DNA of 59,998 nt, filler included, from an uncultured Methanosarcinales archaeon (GCA_964589485.1; 4 parts of 4 records of this genome joined end to end with filler, not necessarily neighbours in it); one strand, 5' to 3'; numbered from the whole stretch's first letter, positions 32,914-43,164 are shown. Program-made: numbers and translations. Notes: generated by a model from the letters alone, not told the origin.

Positions 32914-32989
32914 TTATTCCACGATATACTTTATCTTTTAATTTTTCTTCAAGTTCCATATTTTTATTATTTAAAGAATTAATATAAAT

Positions 32990-34798
32990 TTAACTCAGTT
33001 TTTTTAATATTTCAACAATCTTCTTCCCATCTGCTTTTCCTTTTAATTTACTCATTACTTTTCCAATTAAAGCATTAAAAGGAATGTCTTTATTTTCATT
33101 AACAATTAACTTAATTTCTTTTTCTAAATCTGAATCAGACATTGATTTATAATTTTCAATAGAAATAAATTTATCTTTACAAATATCTAACAATATTTCT
33201 TGTATTGAATCTTTAGTTATTTTATCATTGTTTAAAGCATTAAATATTTCTTCAAAATAAATATCAGTTAACTTATTAATTTCAATATTAAATTTTCGTT
33301 TAATTTCTCTTGGAGTGCTTAACATAGTTTCTGCAATAAATGCAGGTTTTACATTTTTAAATTTTGCAACAAATTTTTCAAATACACTTACTTTTTCACT
33401 TTTTGCTGTTAATATAGCTAAATCTTTTCCCATTATTTTTTCAAATCTTTTAATTTTATTTTCTATTAGTTCAGGTAGTTTAATTTCTTTAATGTTGATT
33501 TTTTCAATCTTAACATCTGTTTCCGGGTACATTCTTGCTGCTCCTGGCATTGGTCTCATATATGTTGAAGTTCCATCTACGTTAGCTTTTCGTACTTCTT
33601 TAGGAATTCCTTTTAATAATCCTTTAATTCTTGGTTGTAATGATAATTGAACCATTTCATTTATTCTATTTTCATTTCCAATAATTAAAATAAATGCATC
33701 TTTTTCCTCAACATCTAATTTTTTATTTATTTCGCTAATTTCTTTCTCGGTAAATTCATATTTTTTTAATTTTTCATCAGAATGAATTATGCCTCCAAAA
33801 CCAAAAACTTTAGCATAACCTGCTAATTCTGTTCCTAGTCTGTGGTTTGGCATAAGTTCTATTCCAAGTAAACCAGAAAAATTATTAAGTTTAAATCCAA
33901 TAATATTTTCATTATTACTTATTGCTTTTTTTATAAATTTACAATTAGTATTTTCAAATGTTTTAGTTAAATTGCTTATTTTTAAATCATTTATTTTTTT
34001 TACTTTTTTCTTTATTTCAATTAAATTAGCTTGCCTTTTTACTTCATTTTCTACTAATAATGGAATCGTTTTAAGATCTTGTGCTCCTTTAATTTCAACT
34101 CTTGCTCCTTCTTTAATACTAACATTTACATCTTGTCTTATGGTTCCAAGTCCACGTTTAACTTTATTAGTACTTCGTAAAATCATTCCAAGTTTTTCTG
34201 CACTTATTTTTGCTTCTTCAGGAGTTCTTATATCCGGTTTTGTTGCAATTTCAACTAAAGGAATTCCAAGTCTATCTAAATTATAATTTGTAGAATTTTC
34301 TCCTTTATTAATTATTTTACAAGAATCTTCTTCAATACAAATAGTATCTATTCCGATTATTTTATTTCCTATTTGCATTTTTCCATCTCTTGCAACTAAA
34401 GAAGTTCTTTGAAATCCGGAAGTATTACTTCCATCAATAACAGTTTTTCGCATCACTTGTATAAATTCTGAAATATTTGCTTTTAGGATTAAACTACATT
34501 GTATTGCTACATTCAATGCATTTTTATTTATATCATGAGGGGGTTCCTCATCTAATTCAACTAAACAGTTAGTGTCATGATATCCTTGGTAAACGAAATA
34601 TTTTTCTTTTTTATTTTCATGTTTCGCAGCAATATCAATTTCGCCAGTTTCTCCTGCGGATGCTCTTAAATATCTTTTTATTTCAAAGTTAGGTTTATCT
34701 TCTCTAATTAAAGTAGGGCAGTTACAAAATAATTTATTACCTTCTAATTGTTGATGAATTTCCAGTCCAGCAATCAATCCAAGTTTTTCATAATTCAT
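32990..34798 (-). CDS. gatE: Glu-tRNA(Gln) amidotransferase subunit E
   Basis: GLEIHQQL, DGSNTSGFQRT, LDRLGIPLVEI, GLGTIRQDVN and RPMPGAARMYPETD motifs. Confidence 0.97.
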   Translation of the reverse strand: MNYEKLGLIAGLEIHQQLEGNKLFCNCPTLIREDKPNFEIKRYLRASAGETGEIDIAAKHENKKEKYFVYQGYHDTNCLVELDEEPPHDINKNALNVAIQCSLILKANISEFIQVMRKTVIDGSNTSGFQRTSLVARDGKMQIGNKIIGIDTICIEEDSCKIINKGENSTNYNLDRLGIPLVEIATKPDIRTPEEAKISAEKLGMILRSTNKVKRGLGTIRQDVNVSIKEGARVEIKGAQDLKTIPLLVENEVKRQANLIEIKKKVKKINDLKISNLTKTFENTNCKFIKKAISNNENIIGFKLNNFSGLLGIELMPNHRLGTELAGYAKVFGFGGIIHSDEKLKKYEFTEKEISEINKKLDVEEKDAFILIIGNENRINEMVQLSLQPRIKGLLKGIPKEVRKANVDGTSTYMRPMPGAARMYPETDVKIEKINIKEIKLPELIENKIKRFEKIMGKDLAILTAKSEKVSVFEKFVAKFKNVKPAFIAETMLSTPREIKRKFNIEINKLTDIYFEEIFNALNNDKITKDSIQEILLDICKDKFISIENYKSMSDSDLEKEIKLIVNENKDIPFNALIGKVMSKLKGKADGKKIVEILKKLS

Positions 34799-36051
34799 AA
34801 ATAATCTTCCTCGAACTCAGTTCTTTCACTTAGTTCTCCTCTTAAATCTTTTAGAATTAAATCTTTAGTTTCTTTTTTATGGTTACTTAATAACCATGCT
34901 AATTTAATGAATGTAGTTTCGGTTGTCATATTATTTTTATGCCCCAAAATTCCAATTTCTTGTTCTTTTCTAGCATTTTCGTATACATTTAAATTAAGTC
35001 TACCAAATATTGTTTGAGGAGATAAAACAATTACATTTTTCATTTTTTCTAAAGTTTTGAATATTTTATTACTTTCTCCTTTTCCACTTATTGGTAAGTT
35101 ACCAAGTCCAGTACTTTCAATAACTAACCCTTCATGATTTTTGAAATATAAAAAATCTTCAGCATACATATTTGTATATTGTCTTAATATTCCAACTTTA
35201 ATTTTTTCATTTAATAGTTTTAATGATAATTTTCTTTTTTTATCTATGTTATATTTTTCATTTAACTTTTTAATCTTTTCTCCTTTAAAATCAACTAAAG
35301 CAAAATTTTTTGAATTAATTGCTTTGAAAGCATCTCTTCTGCTAGTATGCATTTTTCTTATATTTGTGGCAGGAAGAATTGCGCAAAAATCATCATTAGT
35401 TGAATTATGCATACATACTCCGACATCTGCAAAGTTAGAATTTGCGATAAAATAGGCAGCATTTATTAGATTTAAGCCAGCATCACTACTTCCTCTATCT
35501 GAACTTCTTTGACTTCCTACAACTAATACTGGAATGTTAATATTTTCTAAAATAAATGCTAAAGCAGCAGAAGTATAATGTAATGTATCTGTTCCTTGAG
35601 TAACAATAATTCCATCTACTCCTTTTTTAATTTCTTTTTCTATTTCTTTTGCTATTAAATTATAATCAGAAAATCTCATATCTTGACTCCACATGTTTCC
35701 GATTAACCTTGAATTTAAATTCGCTATTTTATGTAATTCAGGAAACATAGATATTAATTCTTCTGGTTCAAATTTTGAACTAACTGCCCCAGTAGAATAA
35801 TCAACTTTACTTGCAATGGTTCCACCAGTATGAAGAATTGAAATTGTAGGTAATTTTTTATTTTTTTTAATATTTTCTTTCTTTTGTTTATTTTCTTTTT
35901 TATTTCCAATACTTTTAATATTTTTAATTTTATCTTTCTTAATTACTAAATTATATCCACTATCTAATTTTACTATAACTAAATCATCATTTTTAATTAA
36001 AGTTCCTTCAATAGTTTCATCAGTGATAACTTTTACTCTATCTCCAATCAT
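34795..36051 (-). CDS. gatD: Glu-tRNA(Gln) amidotransferase subunit D
   Basis: KLDSGYN, TGGTIASKVDY, GTDTLHY, SQRSSDRGSSD and KMHTSRRDAF motifs. Confidence 0.96.
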   Translation of the reverse strand: MIGDRVKVITDETIEGTLIKNDDLVIVKLDSGYNLVIKKDKIKNIKSIGNKKENKQKKENIKKNKKLPTISILHTGGTIASKVDYSTGAVSSKFEPEELISMFPELHKIANLNSRLIGNMWSQDMRFSDYNLIAKEIEKEIKKGVDGIIVTQGTDTLHYTSAALAFILENINIPVLVVGSQRSSDRGSSDAGLNLINAAYFIANSNFADVGVCMHNSTNDDFCAILPATNIRKMHTSRRDAFKAINSKNFALVDFKGEKIKKLNEKYNIDKKRKLSLKLLNEKIKVGILRQYTNMYAEDFLYFKNHEGLVIESTGLGNLPISGKGESNKIFKTLEKMKNVIVLSPQTIFGRLNLNVYENARKEQEIGILGHKNNMTTETTFIKLAWLLSNHKKETKDLILKDLRGELSERTEFEEDYL

Positions 36052-36092
36052 AGTAACTAGAAGTTAATTGTTATTTATATAGTTTTGTGATT

Positions 36093-36502
36093 CTATTTAT
36101 TTAAATTTTTAATAACATTTCCTAATTTATCTAAGTTATTGCCAAAAGAAGCCCAATCTCCTTTTTTCATTGAATTTTCTAATAGATCATAATACTTTTG
36201 TGCATCTTCAATAAGGTTAGTTTTTGGTTTATTTTCTTTATTAATAACTACAGGTTTAGATTTACCAAATAAAGCTTCTAAAGCTAATTTTAAGTTTTCT
36301 TCCATTACTACACTTTCTCCATCTGAAACTAATACTCTTTTTAATTCGGGCAATTGGCCAGTTTCAGCTTGTATATATAACGGTTCAATGTAAAGTATAC
36401 TATCATCTATTGGAATGATTAATAAATTTCCTCTAGTTACTCTACTTCCTTGTTGACTCCAAAGTGTAAGTTGTTTTGAAATTTCAGAATCTTGATCAAT
36501 TT
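36093..36502 (-). CDS. UPF0182 family membrane protein, 3' fragment
   Basis: Frame open to the contig edge: IDQDSEISKQLTLWSQQGSRVTRGNLLIIP...YIEPLYIQA...LPELKRV. Confidence 0.85.
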
Positions 36503-36602
36503 NNNNNNNNNNNNNNNNNNNNNNNNNNNNNNNNNNNNNNNNNNNNTTAATTAATTAANNNNNNNNNNNNNNNNNNNNNNNNNNNNNNNNNNNNNNNNNN
36601 NN
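36503..36602. other. artificial contig linker
   Basis: N run + TTAATTAATTAA + N run. Confidence 0.99.
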
Positions 36603-37528
36603 AGTTTACTGATGTCGAATCAAATATTCCTAAATTTATTGAAGTAATGAATGCTATTGAATACAACGATATTCCAATTGGACAACATTGTAATAAACCA
36701 TACGAATGTCCTCTAAAAAAAGAATGTTGGGGAACTCTTCCAGAAAACAATGTTTTACAACTAACCAACTGGAGAATTTATTGGAAACTATTCAACGAAG
36801 GAATACAAGATATCAAAGATATTCCAGAAGGAACTAAACTTGCAGCAAAAGATGAAGTATTGATTGAATCATTAGAACATAATCCCTATGTATCAAAAGA
36901 ACATATCAAACACTTCTTGAGTTCATTGAATTATCCGTTATATCATTTTGATTATGAAACCTTTGACACAGCAGTTCCAATATTTGACAAATCAAAGCCA
37001 TACCAAAAGATTGCATTCCAATACTCATTACACATAGAGCAAGAAGATGGTTCAGTAGAACATAAAGAGTTTCTAGCAGAAGGAGGAGAAGATCCAAGAC
37101 CTGCAATGTTAGAACAAATGAAAACAGACCTAGAAGGAACTGGAGATATTGTAGCATTTAACAAATCATTTGAGATTAGTGTAATGAATAAATTAGCAGA
37201 GGACTTTCCAGAACATAAAGACTGGCTATTAACTGCAATTAATAGAGTGGTAGATCTTGCAGATCCATTCAGAGCATTTTACTATTATAACAAATCACAA
37301 AAAGGATCATACTCCATAAAGAAAGTTCTTCCAGCAATTACAGGAAAGAGTTATTCTGAACTTGAAATTAACAATGGTGGAGATGCAAGTATGTTGTATT
37401 TCTATAGCCACATCAAACCAAAGCTAGACAACAAAGAAGAGATTAGAGAGAACTTGTTGAAATATTGTGGGTTAGACACTGAAGGAATGATTTGGATTAT
37501 TCAGAAGTTAAAGGAGTTAGTGAAATGA
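36603..37528 (+). CDS. DUF2779-domain protein (RNase H-like/exonuclease fold, Cys cluster), 5' truncated
   Basis: GQHC..PYECP...C, FDYETF, PYQKIAFQYSLH, FNKSFE, GSYSIKKVLP and YCGLDT motifs. Confidence 0.8.
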
Positions 37529-38181
37529 ATATCAAAAAAGCAATAGATAGTTTTGTTCAAGGAAAACAAAAGAATAAAGGTAAACAACCGAATGAAAGGT
37601 ATGCTTCCTTTGATTATTGCTATAATTATTTTTATGGATTTTATGAAAAGAACAAACTTGACCAATTAGCATCCAAAGAAAGACTTCATGAAAGCTGTCT
37701 TCAGATAGGATTTTATCTTGCTAGTTGGGGGATGATGCGAGGATCATCATTTCTTCTCGAAAAAAGTGCAAGAAATTTCAAACCACTGATAGTTGCAATT
37801 AGTAAAATGGATAGAAAATTATGGGAAATCGATGTTGATTCATATAATGATGAAAATATTCAACTTTTAATTAAATGTAAAGAAGAAATAATAAATGCAT
37901 TAGGAAAAGAAAACAACCCAAGCGATACACTAATCACAAAAATAATGTTGGGAGTATTTGGAACTGTTCCTGCATACGACCAATACTTTAGAAAAAGCTT
38001 CAAAGTATACAAATTTAATAAAAAATCATTAATAAAAATTAAACAATTCTATGAAGACAATAAAGAGATCTTTGATTCGTATGATCTTAGAACTTTTGAC
38101 TTTATTACTGGCGAAGAAACTAAACACAAATACTCTATTGCTAAATTAGTAGACATGTGCGGTTTTATGGATGGTCAATAA
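37525..38181 (+). CDS. conserved hypothetical protein (YLASWGM motif), possibly glycosylase-like
   Basis: RYASFDYCYNYF, FYLASWGMMRGSSFL and TLITKIMLGVFGTVPAYD; ATGA-coupled to the DUF2779 gene. Confidence 0.6.
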   Translation: MNIKKAIDSFVQGKQKNKGKQPNERYASFDYCYNYFYGFYEKNKLDQLASKERLHESCLQIGFYLASWGMMRGSSFLLEKSARNFKPLIVAISKMDRKLWEIDVDSYNDENIQLLIKCKEEIINALGKENNPSDTLITKIMLGVFGTVPAYDQYFRKSFKVYKFNKKSLIKIKQFYEDNKEIFDSYDLRTFDFITGEETKHKYSIAKLVDMCGFMDGQ

Positions 38182-38989
38182 CTGCAACTGGTTGCAATAA
38201 TTGAAGTTTCTCTTGATATTCTTCTTTTGTGATTTCTCCTCTGACCATTTGCATTTGAAGGAACTCAACAGGTGATTGTCCTTGTTGAGGATATGCTATT
38301 CTTTTCACTTCTTCATGTGGAATTACTTGTTGCCGTAACTGTGTACTAAATGCTTCATTCACAGCTTTTCTTTTTTGAGTGCTTGCTATCTTTGCATAAA
38401 CAAGAGTTGTGTCATATCGCACATGACCCATTAATTCTTTGATGTCTTCCAAAGCAACACCTTTATTACGAAGATAAGTTCCATAAGAATGTCGAAGTGT
38501 ATGGAAATTATATCTATGGCGAGTCATAGTCTTGTATTCTTTTTTCCCTTTGACTGTTACTTCTCGACGAATATCCTCTTCCGGAATTTCAAGATCCGCA
38601 TTTTTTAAAACCAATCTATATTGCTCATACAAACTTTTCTTTCGTAAAGGATCGTCTGGGGATTTATCAGAAGGAAATAACCATTGACCACCTTGTATCA
38701 AATTAATCCATTTCTTCAATGGGCTAATCATTTGATCTGGAATTGGAATGTATCTGTCTTTACCATAATTATTTGTTTTTCTCAAAGCATATTTGCTATC
38801 AACCACTTTGAGTTTTTTATCAAAGAAATTGACATTATTGATTTTCAGATTACAAACTTCAGAAATACGAAGACCACAAAAGAATGCTAAAGCTGAAGCC
38901 ATAGCAACTTTTACATTAGTCATTACATCAAAAAGCCTAATCAACTGATCCGGATCAAATGCATTTGGCAGTTTATTTTTATTTCCCAT
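38165..38989 (-). CDS. tyrosine recombinase/integrase with C-terminal SHOCT-like tail
   Basis: GLRISE, FHTLRHSYGT and MGH....TLVY catalytic residues; tail RGEITKEEYQEKL. Confidence 0.93.
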   Translation of the reverse strand: MGNKNKLPNAFDPDQLIRLFDVMTNVKVAMASALAFFCGLRISEVCNLKINNVNFFDKKLKVVDSKYALRKTNNYGKDRYIPIPDQMISPLKKWINLIQGGQWLFPSDKSPDDPLRKKSLYEQYRLVLKNADLEIPEEDIRREVTVKGKKEYKTMTRHRYNFHTLRHSYGTYLRNKGVALEDIKELMGHVRYDTTLVYAKIASTQKRKAVNEAFSTQLRQQVIPHEEVKRIAYPQQGQSPVEFLQMQMVRGEITKEEYQEKLQLLQPVAVIDHP

Positions 38990-38990
38990 T

Positions 38991-39458
38991 TTATAGCCCC
39001 CTCATAACTAACCTGAGTTCATCAAGAATATCAACAGATTTGGAGTTATATTCAGCTCTCCGTCTATTAGCACTGATTTCCATAGCCTTTCTGAAGCTAT
39101 ATTGCCCCTTTGCAAGCTTTTCTTTAACATCTGAGGGTAATCTAGTGGCTATGAACCAACGATAGGTTGTGGAAGCATTCAGCCCATTCTTGAGCATATA
39201 TTCATACAGAATACGTTCATTAGCAGTTAGATCTCGATATCCTTTCCACCCCCTTCTACCAAGAGGAACGCCCTTTCGTTTATGCGCCAGAAAAGTCCTA
39301 ATTTTACTCAACATTCGTATCAGCCTATCGCCTTCAACTTCTGGTAAAATTGTTTTAATGTCACGCTTTATCTCATTAACCTTGTCAAAAATATTTCTTT
39401 TCTTGCCATTTTCTCGAACATTTACATTTCCTATCCTATCATAGCTCATCTTTTCCAT
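38991..39458 (-). CDS. basic hypothetical protein co-transcribed with the integrase (putative DNA-binding)
   Basis: R/K-rich; HTH-like LNASTTYRW segment; stop lies 1 nt before the integrase start. Confidence 0.65.
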   Translation of the reverse strand: MEKMSYDRIGNVNVRENGKKRNIFDKVNEIKRDIKTILPEVEGDRLIRMLSKIRTFLAHKRKGVPLGRRGWKGYRDLTANERILYEYMLKNGLNASTTYRWFIATRLPSDVKEKLAKGQYSFRKAMEISANRRRAEYNSKSVDILDELRLVMRGL

Positions 39459-39545
39459 ACCTCACATTAATTCAAGACAATATTTAAGTCTTGTAAAGTG
39501 ACGGTAAAGTAAAGAGGTAGAATGAGAAATCAACCGAAGATTCGG

Positions 39546-39617
39546 TCAATCTAAGCCTGTGATAATTCCTGCAAATATTCCTAAAATTAATGCAATAATT
39601 AGTTCAATAAATAGCAT
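39546..39617 (-). pseudogene. truncated N-terminus of a TctA/DUF112 family membrane protein
   Basis: MLFIELIIALILGIFAGIITGL-D-stop. The family normally continues ..PG.H.N; the stop falls at the element boundary. Confidence 0.65.
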
Positions 39618-39668
39618 GGTTGAATTATAACTTTAAGTTATATATAGTTTATCTTGATAAATATAAAT

Positions 39669-40004
39669 TCATCTTTTAATTTCCTCTGCAATTATTTGTA
39701 ATTTCCCGTTATATTCTTCAACTGAACCAATAACTTCCACATAATCATTCTGTTTAAGATCAAATTTTGAATCTTTAAACACAACAACATTCATTGTATT
39801 TGGTTGAGATATTTCCAAAAATGTAACTTTTTCTCTTTCATCTAGTTTAGTAATTACTCCTTTTATTTTAATATCATTGTCAGCATATGTAATTTTATTT
39901 ATTTCGGTTTCATTAAGTGAAATATTTTCAACCGATATATATAATATAATTATTCCAATAATTGAAGAAATTAATGCTAATTTTATTAAAGTAACTTCTT
40001 TCAT
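39669..40004 (-). CDS. membrane-anchored OB-fold protein
   Basis: N-terminal TM, then IKIKGVI..VVVF..DYVEVIGSVEEYNGKLQIIA. Confidence 0.8.
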   Translation of the reverse strand: MKEVTLIKLALISSIIGIIILYISVENISLNETEINKITYADNDIKIKGVITKLDEREKVTFLEISQPNTMNVVVFKDSKFDLKQNDYVEVIGSVEEYNGKLQIIAEEIKR

Positions 40005-40771
40005 CTACATTCTATAACTAATTTGGCAGAGTTATCCATAATTGTTGCATGATCATCATTTGGATAGAAATATACTTCACTTCCTTCTACATTATTATTT
40101 TGTATATCTAAAGGATTACAAAACATTTTGAACCAACCACATCTTTTTCTTAAAGAAGAGTCGGTTATAGTTTTATGGTGAACAACTCTGAAGTTATTTG
40201 GTTTATTTTCCCATTTGTTAAATCCAAGGCCAATTTCTTTTCCAAAACCTATTGTATCTCCTATAAATATTTCTCCTACGTGATATCCGTTAATAGGTGA
40301 AGCTAAAGTATGTAATTCAACTATTCCATCATATTTTAATTTGTTCATTGAGTTAACAGCAATTATTCCGCCTGCACTTTCTGCTAATATTACTATTTCT
40401 TCTACATCTTTATTGTAAGTATTAAACTGATTTATAAAATCATTACTTATTTGATCCATTGTTAACATTTCATCGTAATCAAAGTCAAGAATGAACTTTA
40501 CTTTTGGATCTTTGGCAATTAATTTTCTTTCAAATTCAAATTGTTCAGGTCCATGGGAACCATATCCATGAATATACACATATCCTCTTGATTTTACAGA
40601 ATTATCATTTTTACAAGAAAATTCATCATAAGAAATATTTCCTTTTTCTAAAAAAATAATGCCAAAGAAAACAATTAAAGAAATTGTTAAAGCAATAAGA
40701 GTTTTTTTAAAGTTATTTTTAACTCTTTTTTTATGTTTTATTTTTCTTTTAACTGTTTTCTTTTTAGACAT
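40001..40771 (-). CDS. membrane-anchored alpha/beta hydrolase-fold protein
   Basis: YIHGYG, AESAGG nucleophile elbow, TLASPING, late DDH. Confidence 0.7.
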   Translation of the reverse strand: MSKKKTVKRKIKHKKRVKNNFKKTLIALTISLIVFFGIIFLEKGNISYDEFSCKNDNSVKSRGYVYIHGYGSHGPEQFEFERKLIAKDPKVKFILDFDYDEMLTMDQISNDFINQFNTYNKDVEEIVILAESAGGIIAVNSMNKLKYDGIVELHTLASPINGYHVGEIFIGDTIGFGKEIGLGFNKWENKPNNFRVVHHKTITDSSLRKRCGWFKMFCNPLDIQNNNVEGSEVYFYPNDDHATIMDNSAKLVIECR

Positions 40772-40772
40772 T

Positions 40773-40919
40773 TTAATTATTTAAATGCATTAATCCCCAT
40801 GCTAAAACTAAAACAGCCCACAGGTAATTTAAACTCGGGTTCCAACTTAATGCTTGATTTAAAGCAATCAATACACCTACTAAAATAGCTCCATAAGACA
40901 TTTGTTCTTTTGATAACAT
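40773..40919 (-). CDS. 48-aa two-helix membrane microprotein
   Basis: Not in the ORF track; GAGGTGA SD; MLSKEQMSYGAILVGVLIAL...YLWAVLVLAWGLMHLNN. Confidence 0.75.
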   Translation of the reverse strand: MLSKEQMSYGAILVGVLIALNQALSWNPSLNYLWAVLVLAWGLMHLNN

Positions 40920-40955
40920 AGTATCACCTCAAGTGATTTAATGTATAAATGATTA

Positions 40956-41933
40956 TTAAATGTTTCTGTTTTCTTTATATCTTTGAACTACTTTTTGTTG
41001 ATTTTTCCAAAGCCAAAAAATATCTTTAAGAATATCTAATTTACTTTTTTTAATACATTTATTTAACTCAGTTCTAATTACTTTTCTTTTACTAAATATA
41101 TTATTATCTATTATTACTATTTTATTTAATGAAAAGTTTTTAGTTTTTTCTGTTGTAAATATATTATTACTAAAATTAAAAATAACATTTCCTGTTTTGG
41201 TTTTAATTATTCCTTTTGCTCTTAGAAACTTTTTTTTAATTAAATATTTTTCTATTTTTTTGATATGAACTATTCCATGCCTTTCGTATGTATATGCATT
41301 AATATCTTCATGTTGTTCATTCTTTGATTTTAATCCTAAATTATTTTTAATCCTCCAAAATATATAAGGTATGTATTTATTTTTTATTTTGTCTTTAAGC
41401 ATAATTTTGTTAGTATATAATTTATTAACATCTATATTGGAATTAATTGTTCCATAAACGTTTTTATTAAAATGTTTTAATTTTTTAATTAATTCTTTTG
41501 AATTATTTACTAAATCAATTTTATTTAGAATTATTGATGAACTATTTTCTAAATTTTCTAATGTATTTGAACTTAATTTTTCACATTTATCAAATTTAAC
41601 TGCATCTATTACAGAAATAACATAGGGTTTAATCTTTTTTTCATTTAAAGCAATGATGACGTTATTTAATTTACTTGCTCCGGATGTTTCAATAATTAAA
41701 GTTTCATTATTTAATCTATTTAATGCTTTTTTCAATAAACCTAAATTAATGTTTGATATGCTTCCTCCATTTATTTCTATAACATTACAATTTGTAAGTT
41801 TACTGTCTATATTATAATCTCCTATTTCGTTTTCTATACAAAGTACATTTTTTTCTTTAAGAATGATTCTTTTTACTAATTCTGTTTTTCCACTTCCCAA
41901 AAACCCAGAAACTATTATTGCTTTCATAACCAA
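40956..41933 (-). CDS. COG0523/CobW-like GTPase
   Basis: GFLGSGKT, ENEIG, IETSG, LNKIDL and FLRAKG motifs; no CxCC. Confidence 0.85.
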   Translation of the reverse strand: MVMKAIIVSGFLGSGKTELVKRIILKEKNVLCIENEIGDYNIDSKLTNCNVIEINGGSISNINLGLLKKALNRLNNETLIIETSGASKLNNVIIALNEKKIKPYVISVIDAVKFDKCEKLSSNTLENLENSSSIILNKIDLVNNSKELIKKLKHFNKNVYGTINSNIDVNKLYTNKIMLKDKIKNKYIPYIFWRIKNNLGLKSKNEQHEDINAYTYERHGIVHIKKIEKYLIKKKFLRAKGIIKTKTGNVIFNFSNNIFTTEKTKNFSLNKIVIIDNNIFSKRKVIRTELNKCIKKSKLDILKDIFWLWKNQQKVVQRYKENRNI

Positions 41934-42193
41934 CTCACTAGAAACTTTTGACCTAAATAAAAGCCAACTATTATACTAAATAAATTCCAAGAATATCCAA
42001 GTGTAAAAAGTGCAACATAAACTCCAGAAACAATATCTAATATGCTTGCTATGTCTCCTGAAAATGCGAATAATCCTCCTTTTAGAATTAAATAGCTTGC
42101 AGCATAGAATAACCATTTGAGTGGAACAAAGGGAGCAAACAACATTACAAGAACAACTAAAAAATCACCAAGTCCTAAGACTTTAGTTATCAT
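41924..42193 (-). CDS. small membrane protein
   Basis: 89-aa hydrophobic ORF in an operon with overlapping genes. Confidence 0.7.
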   Translation of the reverse strand: MITKVLGLGDFLVVLVMLFAPFVPLKWLFYAASYLILKGGLFAFSGDIASILDIVSGVYVALFTLGYSWNLFSIIVGFYLGQKFLVSWL

Positions 42194-42537
42194 ACAAAGA
42201 CACCAAGTAAAATTATAGTTAAAATCATACTTGTCATAGAAGCAACTAAGCCTTTTATTTTATTATTTACAACATTTTCATTGTGTCTTTTAACAAAATA
42301 TAATAATGAATAAACGCTAATTAAGGCTATAAAAAATATACCTGAAATTTCTATAAATGATGGTAAGTATTCTTCTGAGGCAAATTTAATAAAAAACATT
42401 ATAATTACTAAAAACATAGCATTAATTATAAATCCTTTCTTATGTTGTTGAATAAATGGATCTCTTTCTGAAGTTTGAAACATCATTAATAATGCAACTT
42501 CTGGTTGAATCATTTGCCCATACCATTTTTTAGTCAT
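42190..42537 (-). CDS. small membrane protein
   Basis: Three hydrophobic helices; GAGGT SD. Confidence 0.7.
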   Translation of the reverse strand: MTKKWYGQMIQPEVALLMMFQTSERDPFIQQHKKGFIINAMFLVIIMFFIKFASEEYLPSFIEISGIFFIALISVYSLLYFVKRHNENVVNNKIKGLVASMTSMILTIILLGVFV

Positions 42538-42585
42538 TTTGCTGGATACCTCATCCAGCAGAAAACTATTTATAGTATATAAGCT

Positions 42586-43164
42586 TTGCTTTTTTTAATG
42601 TATATTGAAGATAAAGAATATGAAAAAATTAATGCTATTAGGGTTTTAATAAAAATTTCTATTGTTAACAGTAGAGCTGAAATTGCAGAAAAATTAAACC
42701 TTGGTGAAGGTGTTACAAGGAGAATATTAGAATTATTAAAAAGCAAAGGGTTTATTATTTCAACTAATAAGGGGCATAAATATACTGAAAGTGGTAAATT
42801 ACTTATTAAGAAAATTAAAAAAAATTTATATTTAACTAAAAATATTACTACAAAATTATATTCTGGATATAAAAATACAGCTATTTTAGTAAAAGATTAT
42901 AATAAGAAAAAATTAGATTATAAATTACGTGATGTTGCCATTAGAAATGGAGCTCAAAGTGCAATAATATTTTGTTGTAAAAATAAAAGCCTTAAATTAC
43001 CTGATTGTTCTTACAATAATGAAGAATTTAAGAAAATTCAAAAAAATTTCATTTTAACAGAGAATGATGTACTAATTATCACTTTTGCAAAAGAGCAAGT
43101 AGTTTCTGATATTAGTTGTTTGTTTGCTGCTTATGAGGTAAGTTCTTGTTTGAAAGTATTTTAA
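42586..43164 (+). CDS. winged-HTH protein with DUF4443-like C-terminal domain
   Basis: SRAEIAEKLNLGEGVTRRIL..KGH; LRDVAIRNGA. Confidence 0.75.
   Translation: MLFLMYIEDKEYEKINAIRVLIKISIVNSRAEIAEKLNLGEGVTRRILELLKSKGFIISTNKGHKYTESGKLLIKKIKKNLYLTKNITTKLYSGYKNTAILVKDYNKKKLDYKLRDVAIRNGAQSAIIFCCKNKSLKLPDCSYNNEEFKKIQKNFILTENDVLIITFAKEQVVSDISCLFAAYEVSSCLKVF

Larger units (their letters stand above)
36603..39546. mobile_element. end of a putative integrative element (tyrosine integrase, partner gene and cargo)
   Basis: Visibly higher GC and different codon use than the flanks; integrase present; right boundary coincides with a truncated host gene; left end lost at the contig edge. Confidence 0.7.
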
